From positions 82,522,001-82,586,000 of the forward strand of contig CM126212.1 in the NCBI GenBank assembly GCA_052327205.1: a stretch of DNA of 64,000 nucleotides, in the 5' to 3' direction. Positions 49,501 to 58,982 of the stretch are shown one piece after another. The notes beneath the pieces were generated by a model that made no database searches, was not told where the DNA came from, and saw only the letters and a list, made by a program, of their open reading frames with translations. The DNA comes from Somniosus microcephalus (Eukaryota). A program made the translations under genes and the position numbers. Every line of letters begins with the position of its first letter. Within the stretch, counting starts at the first letter, position 1.

Positions 49501-50146
49501 GACAGGGGTGCTGTAGGCAATGTAGGACAGGTGTGCTGTAGACAGCTTTGGACAGGTATGCTGTAGGCAATATAGGACACGTGTGCTGTAGACAGTGTAG
49601 GACAGGTGAGCTGTAGAGTGTGTAGGACAGGTGTGCTTTAGATAGTGTAGGACAGGTGTGCTGTAGGCAGTGTAGGGCGGCACTTCAGGCTTGTGGTGAT
49701 GGCTGATGGTAATGTAGTTCCTGGTGGGTTTGAAGAATTGCAGATCACATCTATTTCACTCACTAAATCCTTCAACTTCCTTAATTCAGTCGTTATTCTT
49801 ATAATAAGTTGAACATTTAGTCAGCGTCCTAAAGCAAATTGCAGTTATTTTTAAAATTGGCAGTGAATAATTGAAAACCCGAGGAAAACACAAGAAATAT
49901 TTGGTCCAAAGGAGTGTGGACTGAAGGGGCTTGGCTGGAATATAGTGTGAATCAGTGAAGCACTTTCCACTCAGGAACTGCAGTCTGCACAGAACCAGAG
50001 CCTTCCATTAGAGTGCCTTGAATATCCTGCAATACTGGGTAAATTATACTGGAAGAAGCGGGAAGGGGAGGTCTGGAATTTACAGTTAATATTTCACAGG
50101 AATAACGTGAGAGCAGCGAAATCTGCAAGGAAGGTCAAGTACTCAC

Positions 50147-50241
50147 ATCAGGTGAGAGCTTTAGGAAGGAAAAATCAACTGGAAAAATTACAAATAAACA
50201 GTGAAAAGAGATGCACCTCTCCAATGGCAAGTTTCCTGGTC
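50147..50241 (-). other. Candidate internal (probably non-coding) exon, 95 nt
   Basis: Minus-strand acceptor GTGTTTTCCGCCCCTCTCAG| and donor |GTGAGT. No recognisable protein. Confidence 0.35.
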
Positions 50242-50278
50242 CTGAGAGGGGCGGAAAACACGACAGTGACCAACTGCC

Positions 50279-51803
50279 CGGGCAGCCCTGGGACCCGCAC
50301 TGTGAGGGTGAGACCAGCCCTGGGACCTGCACTGTGAGGGTGCGCCCAGCCCCAGGACCCGCACTTTAAGGGTGACACCAGCCCTGGGACACACACTGTG
50401 AGGGGAGACCCCGGGACACGCACTGTGAGGGTGACACCAGCCCTGGGACCCGCACTGTGAGGGTGAGACCAGCACCGCGACCCGCACTGTGAGGGAGACA
50501 CCAGCACTGGGACCCGCACTGTGAGGGTGAGCCCCCGGGACCCACACTGTAAGTGTGAGCCCAGCCCTGGGACCTGCACTGTGAGGGTGAGACTAGCACT
50601 GGGAAGCGCACTGTTCGGGTGAGACCAGCACTGGGACCACACTGCGAGGGGAGACCAGCACCGGGACCCGCACTGTGAAGGTGATCCCAGCACTGGGACC
50701 CGCACTGTTAGGGTGAGACTAGCACTGGGACCCGCACTGCGAGGGGAGACCAGCACCGGGACCCGCACTGTGAAGGTGATCCCAGCCCTGAGACCCACAC
50801 TGTGAGGGTGAGCCCAGCCCTGGGACACACACTGTAAGGGAGAGCCCAGCCCCGGGACCCGCACTGTGAGGGGGAGGCCAGCACCGGGATTCGCACTGTG
50901 AAGGTGACACCAGCACCAGGCCCCGCACTGTGAGGGTGACAGCAGCACTGGGACCCGCACTGTGAGGGTGAGCCCCCGGGACCCACAATGTGAGGGTGAC
51001 ACCAGCCCCGGGACCCGCACTGTGAGGGTGAGACCAGCCCAGGGACCTGCACTGTGAGGGTGACACCAGCTCCGGGACCTGCACTGTGAGGGTGACACCA
51101 GCAATGGGACCCGCACTGTGAGGGTGACACAAGCCCCGGGACCCGCACTTTGAGGGGAGACACCGGGACATGCACTGTGAGGGTGAGCACAGCCCTGGGA
51201 CCCGCACTGTAAGGGTGAGCCCTGCACTGGGACCCGCACTGTAAGGGTGAGCCCAGCCCTGGGACCCACAATGTGAGGGGAGACCAGCACTGGGACCCAC
51301 ACTGTGAGGGTGACACCAGCCCCGGGACCCGCACTGTGACGGTGATACCAGCCCTGGGACAGGCACTGTGAGGGTGTCACCATCCCCGGGACCCGCACTG
51401 TGAGGTTGAGCCCAGCCCTGGGACCCGCACTGTGAGGGTGACACCACACCCAAGACCCGCACTGTGAGGCTGAGCCCAGCCCCGGGATCCACACTGTGAG
51501 GGGAGACCCCGGGACATGCACTGTGAGGGTGACAACACACCCAGGACCTGCACTGTGAGGGTGACACCAGCCCTGGGACCCGCACTGTGAGGGTGAGTCC
51601 AGCCCTGGGACCCACACTGTGAGGGTGACATCAGCCCCGGGACCCGCACTGTGAGGGTGACACCAGCCCCGGGACCCGCATTGTGAGGGTGACACCAGCC
51701 CTGGGACCCGCACTGTGAGGGTGAGTCCAGCCCTGGGACCTGCACTGTGAGGGGAGACCCCGGGACCCGCACTGTGAGGGGAGACCCCGGGACCCACACT
51801 GTG
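50279..51803. repeat. Minisatellite C: 32-bp units (27-31-bp variants), consensus GGGACCCGCACTGTGAGGGTGA(C/G)ACCAGCCC(T/C)
   Basis: Direct periodicity, about 48 units, GC-rich with many retained CpGs. Confidence 0.96.
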
Positions 51804-51892
51804 CGGAAGACCCGCTGCTTCAGACTCCGACTACCCCAGAGCCGGCTGATGGGCGACTGATGCCCGGCCGCTGGGGTCCGGGGCAGGCGCAC

Positions 51893-51959
51893 CTGCCGCT
51901 TGGGGTATCTCTCGCTTACAGCCAGCAGTCCGGCCACATTCCCGCACTGAAACCTCGCT
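51893..51959 (-). other. Candidate small exon, 67 nt
   Basis: Minus-strand acceptor TGTTGCTTTCTCTTGTTCCGCCCGGTAG| and donor CAG|GTGCGC. Contains a short ATG..TAA frame (MWPDCWL*). Confidence 0.3.
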
Positions 51960-52019
51960 CTACCGGGCGGAACAAGAGAAAGCAACAGCGAGTGCTTGAC
52001 AGAACGGCCGGTACACGGC

Positions 52020-52400
52020 GAGACAGAGACTGAGGTCAGAGACTGGGACTGGGAGCAGATACTGAGTGTGTGAGAGGGAGGGAGAGCAGGCTCGAAGGGG
52101 CAGAGCAGATACTCAGAGAGGGCAGAATACAGATCGTGGGAGATAGTAAATAGAAAGAAAGGGAGGGATCAGATAGGGAGAGGGAGCAGATACGGAAACA
52201 AAGGGCAGATGCTAAGAGGAGAGCAAATAGCGAGGGGTTCAGAGCGGCGAGAAGTTACAGAGAGCAACCAAGAGAGAGGGAGAGAGGAGAGGCACTAAGG
52301 GAGACAGGGGATGTTAACAGTAAGCGAGAGAGCAGGTACTGAGGGGTGAGGACAGATCGTAGCCGAGAGTCGGTACTGTTCCAATGGAGAGAGATTGGCA
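52020..52400. repeat. Purine (GA)-rich low-complexity tract with degenerate GAGCAGATAC repeats
   Basis: Strong purine bias. GAGCAG(A/G)TAC at ~52053, 52103, 52184 and 52330. Confidence 0.7.
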
Positions 52401-53171
52401 GCATTAAGAACTTACTGCGGAGACAGACTGGCTGAGAGTGCGAGCCGCGGCTGGAGTCAGTGTTCCTGAACCATTGATTTGCGCTCGAAGCCGGGATGCG
52501 AGACCGTTTCTCCCACAGCCACCGGGCGATGCGACCACCTCTGTCTCCCGTTGCACGGCGCACCTCCAACGGAGAAGCGACCTCCCAGCGCCGCCGAACC
52601 AATGAGCGAGGCACTGGCAAAGGGAAAATAATAAAATCAAACGGGCGGCGGAGACTGTAACACAAAGTGCTTAATGTTTCACAGCTTTAAAGGAATTAAA
52701 GAGGGGAGGAACTCAAATAACCCATAATATGAAAGGCTGATGCCAGCAAATGAGAACCAGGTTTAAAAACATCAAACCAGCGAAGCAGCCTGGGAGGAGT
52801 AACCCGGGCCCGGCACCCCACAGCTCAGTTCGGGAGTCACCCCAGGGACTGAGCACACCTGCCAGGACAGTGGGGCTCCCGGCCCCTCCGCTCCCACAAT
52901 CCGCCACCTGGTAATGGGGCGGATCCCCGCATTCAGCTGAAAGGTCAGGAGGCGGCGAGTAAAGCAAATAAATAGATATATACATCGCAATGTGTGCTAT
53001 TATATCACATACACATTCTGTCTATTGCATGGTTCACGCTGTATATAAAACGCAGACACTCTGTATAAGGTGTCAGATGTGGCTCAATGGTAGTACTCTC
53101 GCCTGTATAATTTAGAAGGTCATTGGTTCAAGTCCCACTCCAGGATTTGAGCCCATAATCTAGGTGACTCT

Positions 53172-54609
53172 GCAGTGCTGAAGGAGTCTACTCTGTCGGA
53201 GGGCAGTGCTGAGGGAGTGCTGCACTGTCGGAGGGCAGTGCTGCACTGTCGGAGGGCAGTGCTGAGGGAGCATTGCACCGTTTGAGGGTCAGTGCTGAGG
53301 GAGCATTGCACTGTTTGAGGGGCAGTACTGAGGGAGCGCTGCATTGTTGGAGGGTCAGTACTGAGGGAACACTGCACTGTTTGAGGGTCAGTACTGAGGG
53401 AGCACTGCACTGTTTGAGGGTCAGTACTGAGGGGGAATTGCACTGTTTGAGGGTCAGTACTGAGGGAGCACTGCATTGTTGGAGGGGCAGTACTGAGGGA
53501 GTGCTGCACTGTTGGAGGGGCAGTACTGAGGGAGCACTGCATTGTTGGAGGGGCAGTACTGAGGGAGCACTGCACTGTTTGAGAGTCAGTACTGAGGGAA
53601 CACTGCACTGTTTGAGGGTCAGTACTGAGGGAGCACTGCATTGTTGGCGGGGCAGTACTGAGGGAGAACTGCACTGTTGGAGGGGCAGTACTGAGGGAGT
53701 GCTGCACTGTTTGAGGGTCAGTACTGTGGGAGCACTGCATTGTTGGAGGGTCAGTACTGAGGGAGAACTGTATTGTTGGAGGGTCAGTACTGAGGGAGCA
53801 CTGCATTGTTGGAGGGGCAGTACTGAGGGAGAACTGCACTGTTGGAGGGGCAGTACTGAGGGAGTGCTGCACTGTTGAGGGTCAGTACTGAGGGAGCACT
53901 GCATTGTTGGAGGGGCAGTACTGAGGGAGTGCTGCACTGTTTGAGGGTCAGTACTGAGGGAGCACTGCATTGTTGGAGGGGCAGTACTGAGGGAGCACTG
54001 CACTGTTTGAGGGTCAGTACTGAGGGAGCACTGCACTGTTTGAGGGTCAGTACTGAGGGAGAATTGCATTGTTGGAGGGGCAGTACTGAGGGAGCACTGC
54101 ACTGTTTGAGGGTCAGTACTGAGGGAGCAGTGCATTGTTGGAGGGTCAGTACTGAGGGAGCACTGCACTGTTTGAGGGTCAGTACTGAGGGAGCAGTGCA
54201 TTGTTGGAGGGTCAGTACTGAGGGAGTGCTGCACTGTTTGAGGGTCAGTACTGAGGGAGCAGTGCATTGTTGGAGGGTCAGTACTGAGGGAGTGCTGCAC
54301 TGTTTGAGGGTCAGTACTGTGGGAGCACTGCATTGTTGGAGGGTCAGTACTGAGGGAGAACTGCATTGTTAGGAGGGTCAGTACTGAGGGAGAACTGCAT
54401 TGTTGGAGGGTCAGTACTGAGGGAGAATTGCATTGTTAGGAGGGTCAGTACTGAGGGAGAACTGCATTGTTGGAGGGTCAGTACTGAGGGAGAATTGCAT
54501 TGTTTGAGGGTCAGTACTGTGGGAGCACTGCATTGTTGGAGGGTCAGTACTGAGGGAGAACTGCATTGTTAGGAGGGTCAGTACTGAGGAGGTGCTGCAT
54601 TGTCAGAGG
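53172..54609. repeat. 33-bp tandem array (~43 copies), CAGTACTGAGGGAGCACTGCA(C/T)TGTT(T/G)GAGGG(T/G), derived from the SINE body
   Basis: Unit starts at 53356 and 53389. The ORF track shows 11-aa periodicity. Confidence 0.95.
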
Positions 54610-54734
54610 TGGATGAAATGTTAAACCAAAGCCCCTGTGGATGTAAAATATCCCACGGCACTATTTCAAAGACAAGCAGCGGAGTTCTCCTTGTGTCCTG
54701 GCCAATATTTATTCCTCAACCAACATCACATGTA

Positions 54735-54890
54735 GTCAAAAGCAAAATACCGCAGTTGCAATAAATCTGAAATAAAAACAGAAAATGCTGGAAGCACTCA
54801 GCATTTCCCGGGACCCACAGAGTTCTGTTTCTCTCTCCAAAGATGCTGCCTGACCTGCTGAGTGTTTCCAGTATTTTCTGTTTTCATTAA
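54735..54890. mobile_element. Palindromic Penelope-like terminal-repeat remnant nested in the SINE
   Basis: 29-bp inverted arms at 54775-54803 and 54856-54884 (27/29 match). Homologous to 63051-63105. Family assignment is from recall. Confidence 0.6.
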
Positions 54891-55133
54891 AGGTTATCTA
54901 CACCTTGCTGTGCACAAATTAGCAGCTGTGTTTCCTACATTACATCAGTGATTACATTTCAAAAGTATTTCATTGTAAAGTGCTTTGGGATGTCCCAAAG
55001 TCATGGAATGTGCTATAGAAATGCAATCTTTCTTTCACACATCTATCCTGTATATCACACTACGTATATATTATATACATGCACTCTGTATAATACACAG
55101 TATAATCTCTATCACTCACTCTGTATATTATAT

Positions 55134-55410
55134 CATAAGAACAGGAGTAGGAGTAGGCCATTCGGCCCTTCAAGCCTGCTCCGCCATTCAATAAGATCAT
55201 GGCTGATCTTCGACCTCATCGCCACTTTCCTGCACTATCCCTTGATTCCCTTAATATCCAAAAATCTATCGATCTCTGTCTTGAATATACTCAACGACTG
55301 AGCTTCCACAGCCCTCTGGATTAGAGAATTCCAAAGATTCACAACCCTTTGAGTGAAGAAATTTCTCCTTACTCTATCCTTAATAGACGTCTCCTTATCC
55401 AGAGACTATA
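55134..55410 (-). mobile_element. CR1 3'-end fragment
   Basis: Reverse complement is similar to 3610-3900 (GGAGTAGGCCATTCG, GCCTGCTCCGCCATTCAAT, ATCATGGCTGATC). Confidence 0.9.
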
Positions 55411-55644
55411 CATTCTATTATGCCACAGTTGTATCTTCTGTATACCATACATTAACTCAATATTATACACTATTATATCACATATACATTCTGTAGATCA
55501 CACAAACATTGTATATTGTATCATACCTATAATATGTATTAAACAGTCCACACTATATCACCAACTCTGTATATTATACACATACACTCTCTGTATATTG
55601 TATCACATACACACTTTTGTATTTATTATACCCTGTATATTATC

Positions 55645-56852
55645 GAGTTACATTGAGAATACAGCACAGAAAGGGGCCATTTAGCCCAACTGGTCTATAC
55701 CAGTGTTTATGCTCTACTCAAGCCTCCTCCGACTCCTCTTCATCTCACCCTATCAGCATAATCTTCTATCCCTTTCTCCCTCATGTGCTTATCTAGCTTT
55801 CCCTTAAATACATCTATGTTAGTCATCTCAACTACTCCTTGTGGTAGCGAGTTCCACATTCTAACCACTCTCTGAGTGAAGAAGTTTCTCCTGAATCCCC
55901 TATTGGATTTATTAGTGACTATCTTATATTATGGCCTCTAGTTTTGGACTCCTCCGCCAGTGGAAACATTTTTTCTGCGTCTACCCAATCAAACCCTTTC
56001 ATTATCTTAAAGACCTCTATCAGGTCACCCCCTCAGTCGTCCCTTTTCTTCAGAAGAGTACAGCCTGTTTAGCCTTTCCTGATAAGCATCCTCTCAGTTT
56101 TGGTATCATCCATGTGAATCTTTTTTGCATCTTCTCCAGTGCCTATAATATAGAGACCAGCACTGTACGCAAGTACTCCAAGTGTGCTCTAACCAAGGTT
56201 CTATGCAAGTTTAACATAACCTCTCTGCTTTTCTGTTCTATCCATCTAGAAATGAGCCCCAGTGCTTTGTTTGCTTTTTTATGGCCTTGCATCGCTACTT
56301 TTAGTGATCTGTGAATGTATACCCTCAGATCCCTTTGTTCCTCTACCCTATTTAGACTCTTATATCAAAACATTATGTGATCTCCTTATCTTTCCTACCA
56401 AAATGCACCACCTCACATTTATCTATATTGAAATTCATTTGCCAATTACACGCCCATTTTGCAAGTTTATTAATGTCTTCCTATATTTTGTTGGAGTCTT
56501 CCTCTGTATTAACTATACCATCCAATTTGGTGTCACCCACAAATTTTGAAATTATACTTCCAATTCTGAAATCCAAATCGTTTATGTAAATGGTGAGCAA
56601 CAGTGGCCCAACACCAGTCCTTATGGAACACCGCTTCCCACCTTTTGCCAGCCTGAGTAATTACCTTTCACTCCTGCTCTCTGTGTTCTGTTTTGTAGCC
56701 AGCTTGCTATTTATTCTACTACTTGTTCTCTGACTCCACATGCTCTGACCTTAGTCATGAGTCTACTATGTGGTAGCTTATTGAAGGCCTTTTGAAAATC
56801 CAAATTTATTACACCTACTACATTACCCTTGTCTACTCTTTCTGTTACTTCT
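55645..56852 (-). mobile_element. Old 5'-truncated CR1 fragment (~1.2 kb)
   Basis: 3' UTR ACAGCACAGAAA..GGCC as in the copies at 13749 and 22561. Degenerate RT reads LDFQKAFNK and SKFVGDTKLG on the minus strand. Confidence 0.88.
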
Positions 56853-57516
56853 GTTATATTACATAAACACTATTATATCACACATACACTATATATTATA
56901 TCTTATTTACTCTATATTATCACATATACTCTCTATATTATATCACATATATTCTCTATAATATATCACATATATACTGTATATTATATTATACATGTAC
57001 TCTTTATGTTACAGAATATACATACCCTACATTGGTTCTGCAGAAAACCACTCGCAAAATGTTATCCAAAGCAAATTGTTTGATGTTTAATCCATAAACC
57101 TAGCCACCAATATTATAGATGGTGTGAAGTAGAACCAAAACATTATTTACACACCACTTGCAACAAGACAGTAGAAAGCAGATAGATCCACCATGCCAGT
57201 GTGAGTTAGCGTAATTTGTACCTTTACAAAGACTCTTCACATGGTCCCCGTCTCAGTACTGTTTTTCAATAAATGAACTGCCACTGTTTCCAGATCACAA
57301 CCATTCCCCACAACTTTGAACCTTAAAATGCCCTCCCTTCTGTGTTACCCACCGGCTGCCAGCAGTGATCCCCGCGCTCTACTCTTGCCTCCCAGGAGAG
57401 TGATGCACAAAAAAGATACACTGGGTTTGAACAACCAGTCAGGAACTAACTGAGGGCATTATTCACGTCCTTTTACAGGTGCCCATGAGTCTGTTCAGAA
57501 CCTCACTACCTTTGTG

Positions 57517-58982
57517 GGTGGATGGACAGGGTGTGCAGATGGACACGGTGTGGGGTTGGACATGGTATCAGATTGACACCTTGTGGGGATGGACAGTGTG
57601 TGGGATGGGCAAACTGTGGGATAGGCAGGGTGTGAGATGGGCAGTGTGTGGGGTGTGCAGGGTGTGGGATGGGCAGGGTGTGGGGTGGGCAGGGCGTGGG
57701 ATGGGTATGGTGTGGGATGGGCAGGGTGTGGGATGGGCAGAGTGTGGGATGGGGAGAGTGTGGGATGGGCAGGGTGTGGGGTGGGCAGAGTGTGGGATGG
57801 GCATGGTGTGGGATGGGCATGGTGTGGGATGGGCAAAGTGTGGGGTGATCTGGGCATGGGACGGGCAGGGTGTGAGATGCGCAGGGTGTGGGATGGGCAG
57901 TGTGTGGGATGATCTGGGTGTGGGGTGGTCTGGGTGTGGGGTGATCTGGGTGTGGGATGGGCAGAGTATGGGATGGGCAGGGAGTGGGATGGGCAGAGTG
58001 TGGGATGGGCAGGATGTGGGATGGGCAGAGTGTGGGATGGGCAGGTTTTGGGATGGGCAGGGTCTGGGATGGGCGGTGTATGGGGTGATCTGGGTGTGCA
58101 TTGGGCAAAGTGTGGGATGGGCAGGGTGTGGGAATGGGCAGGGTGTGGGATGGGCAGAGTGTGGGATGGTCAGGGTGTGGGATGGTCAGGGTGTGGGGTA
58201 GGCAGAGTGTGGGATGGTCAGAATCTGGGATGTTCAGGGTGTGGGATGGTCAGGGTGTGGGATGGTCAGGGTGTGGGGTGGACAGGGTGTGGGATGGTCA
58301 GGGTGTGGGATAGGCAGAAGGTGGGATGGTCAGGGTGTGGGGTGGGCAGGGTATGGGATGGTCAAGGTGTGGGGTGGGCAGGGTGTGTGATGGTCAGGGT
58401 GTGGGATGGTCAGGGTGTGGGATGGTCAGGGTGTGGGATGTGCAGAGTGTGGGATGGTCAGGGTGTGGGGTGGGCAGGGTGTGGGATGGGCAGAGTGTGG
58501 GATGGTCAGGGTGTGGGATGGTCAGGGTGTGGGATGGGCAGAGTGTGGGATGATCAGGTTGTGGGGTTGGCAGGGTGTGGGATAGTCAGGGTGTGGGGTG
58601 GGCAGGGTGTGGGATGGGCAGAGTGTGGGATGGTCAGGGTGTGGGATGGTCAGGGTGTGGTATGGTCAATGTGTGGGATGGTCAGGGTGTGGGGTTAGCA
58701 GGGTGTGGGATGGTCAGGGTGTGGGTTGGGCAGAGTGTGGGATGATCAGGTTGTGGGGTTGGCAGGGTGTGGGATAGTCAGGGTGTGGGGTAGGCAGCGT
58801 TTGGGATGGTCAGGATGTGGGGTGGGCAGGGTGTGGGATGGTCAGGGTGTGGGATGGCCAGGGTGTGGGGTTAGCAGTGTGTGGGATAGTCAGAGTGTGG
58901 GGTAGGCAGCGTGTGGGATGGTCAGGGTGTGGGGTGGGCAGGGTGTGGGATGGTCAGGGTGTGGGGTAGGCAGAGTGTGGGC
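57517..58982. repeat. Minisatellite E: 16-bp G-rich units, GGGTGTGGG(A/G)TGG(G/T)CA, about 90 copies
   Basis: Direct periodicity with dense GGG tracts. Confidence 0.96.

Larger units (their letters stand above)
11815..49678. repeat. Satellite B: ~38-kb array of 25-bp units, consensus GTAGGCAGTGTAGGACAGGTG(T/A)GCT
   Basis: Continuous 25-bp periodicity (roughly 1,400 units after subtracting two LINE inserts), uniformly G-rich on the plus strand, with no inversion seen. Confidence 0.98.
51800..52960. promoter_or_regulatory. CpG-island-like promoter region, likely driving a minus-strand transcript
   Basis: CpG-dense unique blocks at 51800-52020, 52430-52660 (over 20 CpG) and 52780-52960. NF-Y-type AACCAATGA (CCAAT at 52599-52603), GC boxes near 52643 and 52916, and a consensus minus-strand donor GTAAGT at 52410-52415. 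Confidence 0.55.
53069..55036 (+). mobile_element. tRNA-derived Deu-domain SINE (SacSINE1/AmnSINE1-like), internally expanded
   Basis: A box TGGCTCAATGG (53080-53090) and B box GGTTCAAGTCC (53125-53135). Deu-like core GATGAAATGTTAAACC...GGATGTAAAA.ATCCCA.GGCACTATTT...TGTCCTGGCCAATATTTAT.CCTCAACCAACATCAC. 3' end TGTAAAGTGCTTTGGGA...GCTATAGAAATGCAA.TCTTTCTTT. Family recognised from memory. Confidence 0.8.
52975..57030. repeat. Degenerate AT-rich minisatellite (TATATTATATCACATACACACTCTG-like), now in four pieces: 52975-53066, 55037-55133, 55411-55645, 56853-57030
   Basis: The same motif resumes on each side of the SINE and of both CR1 fragments. Confidence 0.65.

Noticed and set aside
11850-49683. 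Dozens of long minus-strand Cys/His/Thr/Leu-rich ORFs (up to 421 aa) that look like metal-binding repeat proteins
   Set aside because: The C/A-rich strand of the 25-bp monomer has few stops. All three frames give the same 25-aa cyclic peptide, and there is no frame preservation.
75-51803. Many V(D)J RSS heptamers (CACAGTG/CACTGTG) in satellites A and C
   Set aside because: No ACAAAAACC-like nonamer at 12 or 23 bp spacing in the consensus units, and no V, D or J segments.
50175-51985. 540-aa and other ORFs over minisatellite C
   Set aside because: Periodic translations of the 32-bp repeat that are open in several frames.
52084-52099. 16-nt match GAGCAGGCTCGAAGGG to the CR1 3' UTR (3850-3865)
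   Set aside because: Too short and embedded in GA-rich low-complexity sequence to call an insertion.
53069-53145. Possible tRNA gene
   Set aside because: A and B boxes are present, but I see no convincing cloverleaf or terminator, and it continues into SINE body sequence.
53120-54572. 11-aa-repeat mucin-like ORFs on both strands
   Set aside because: A consequence of the 33-bp unit being a multiple of 3, inside a SINE.
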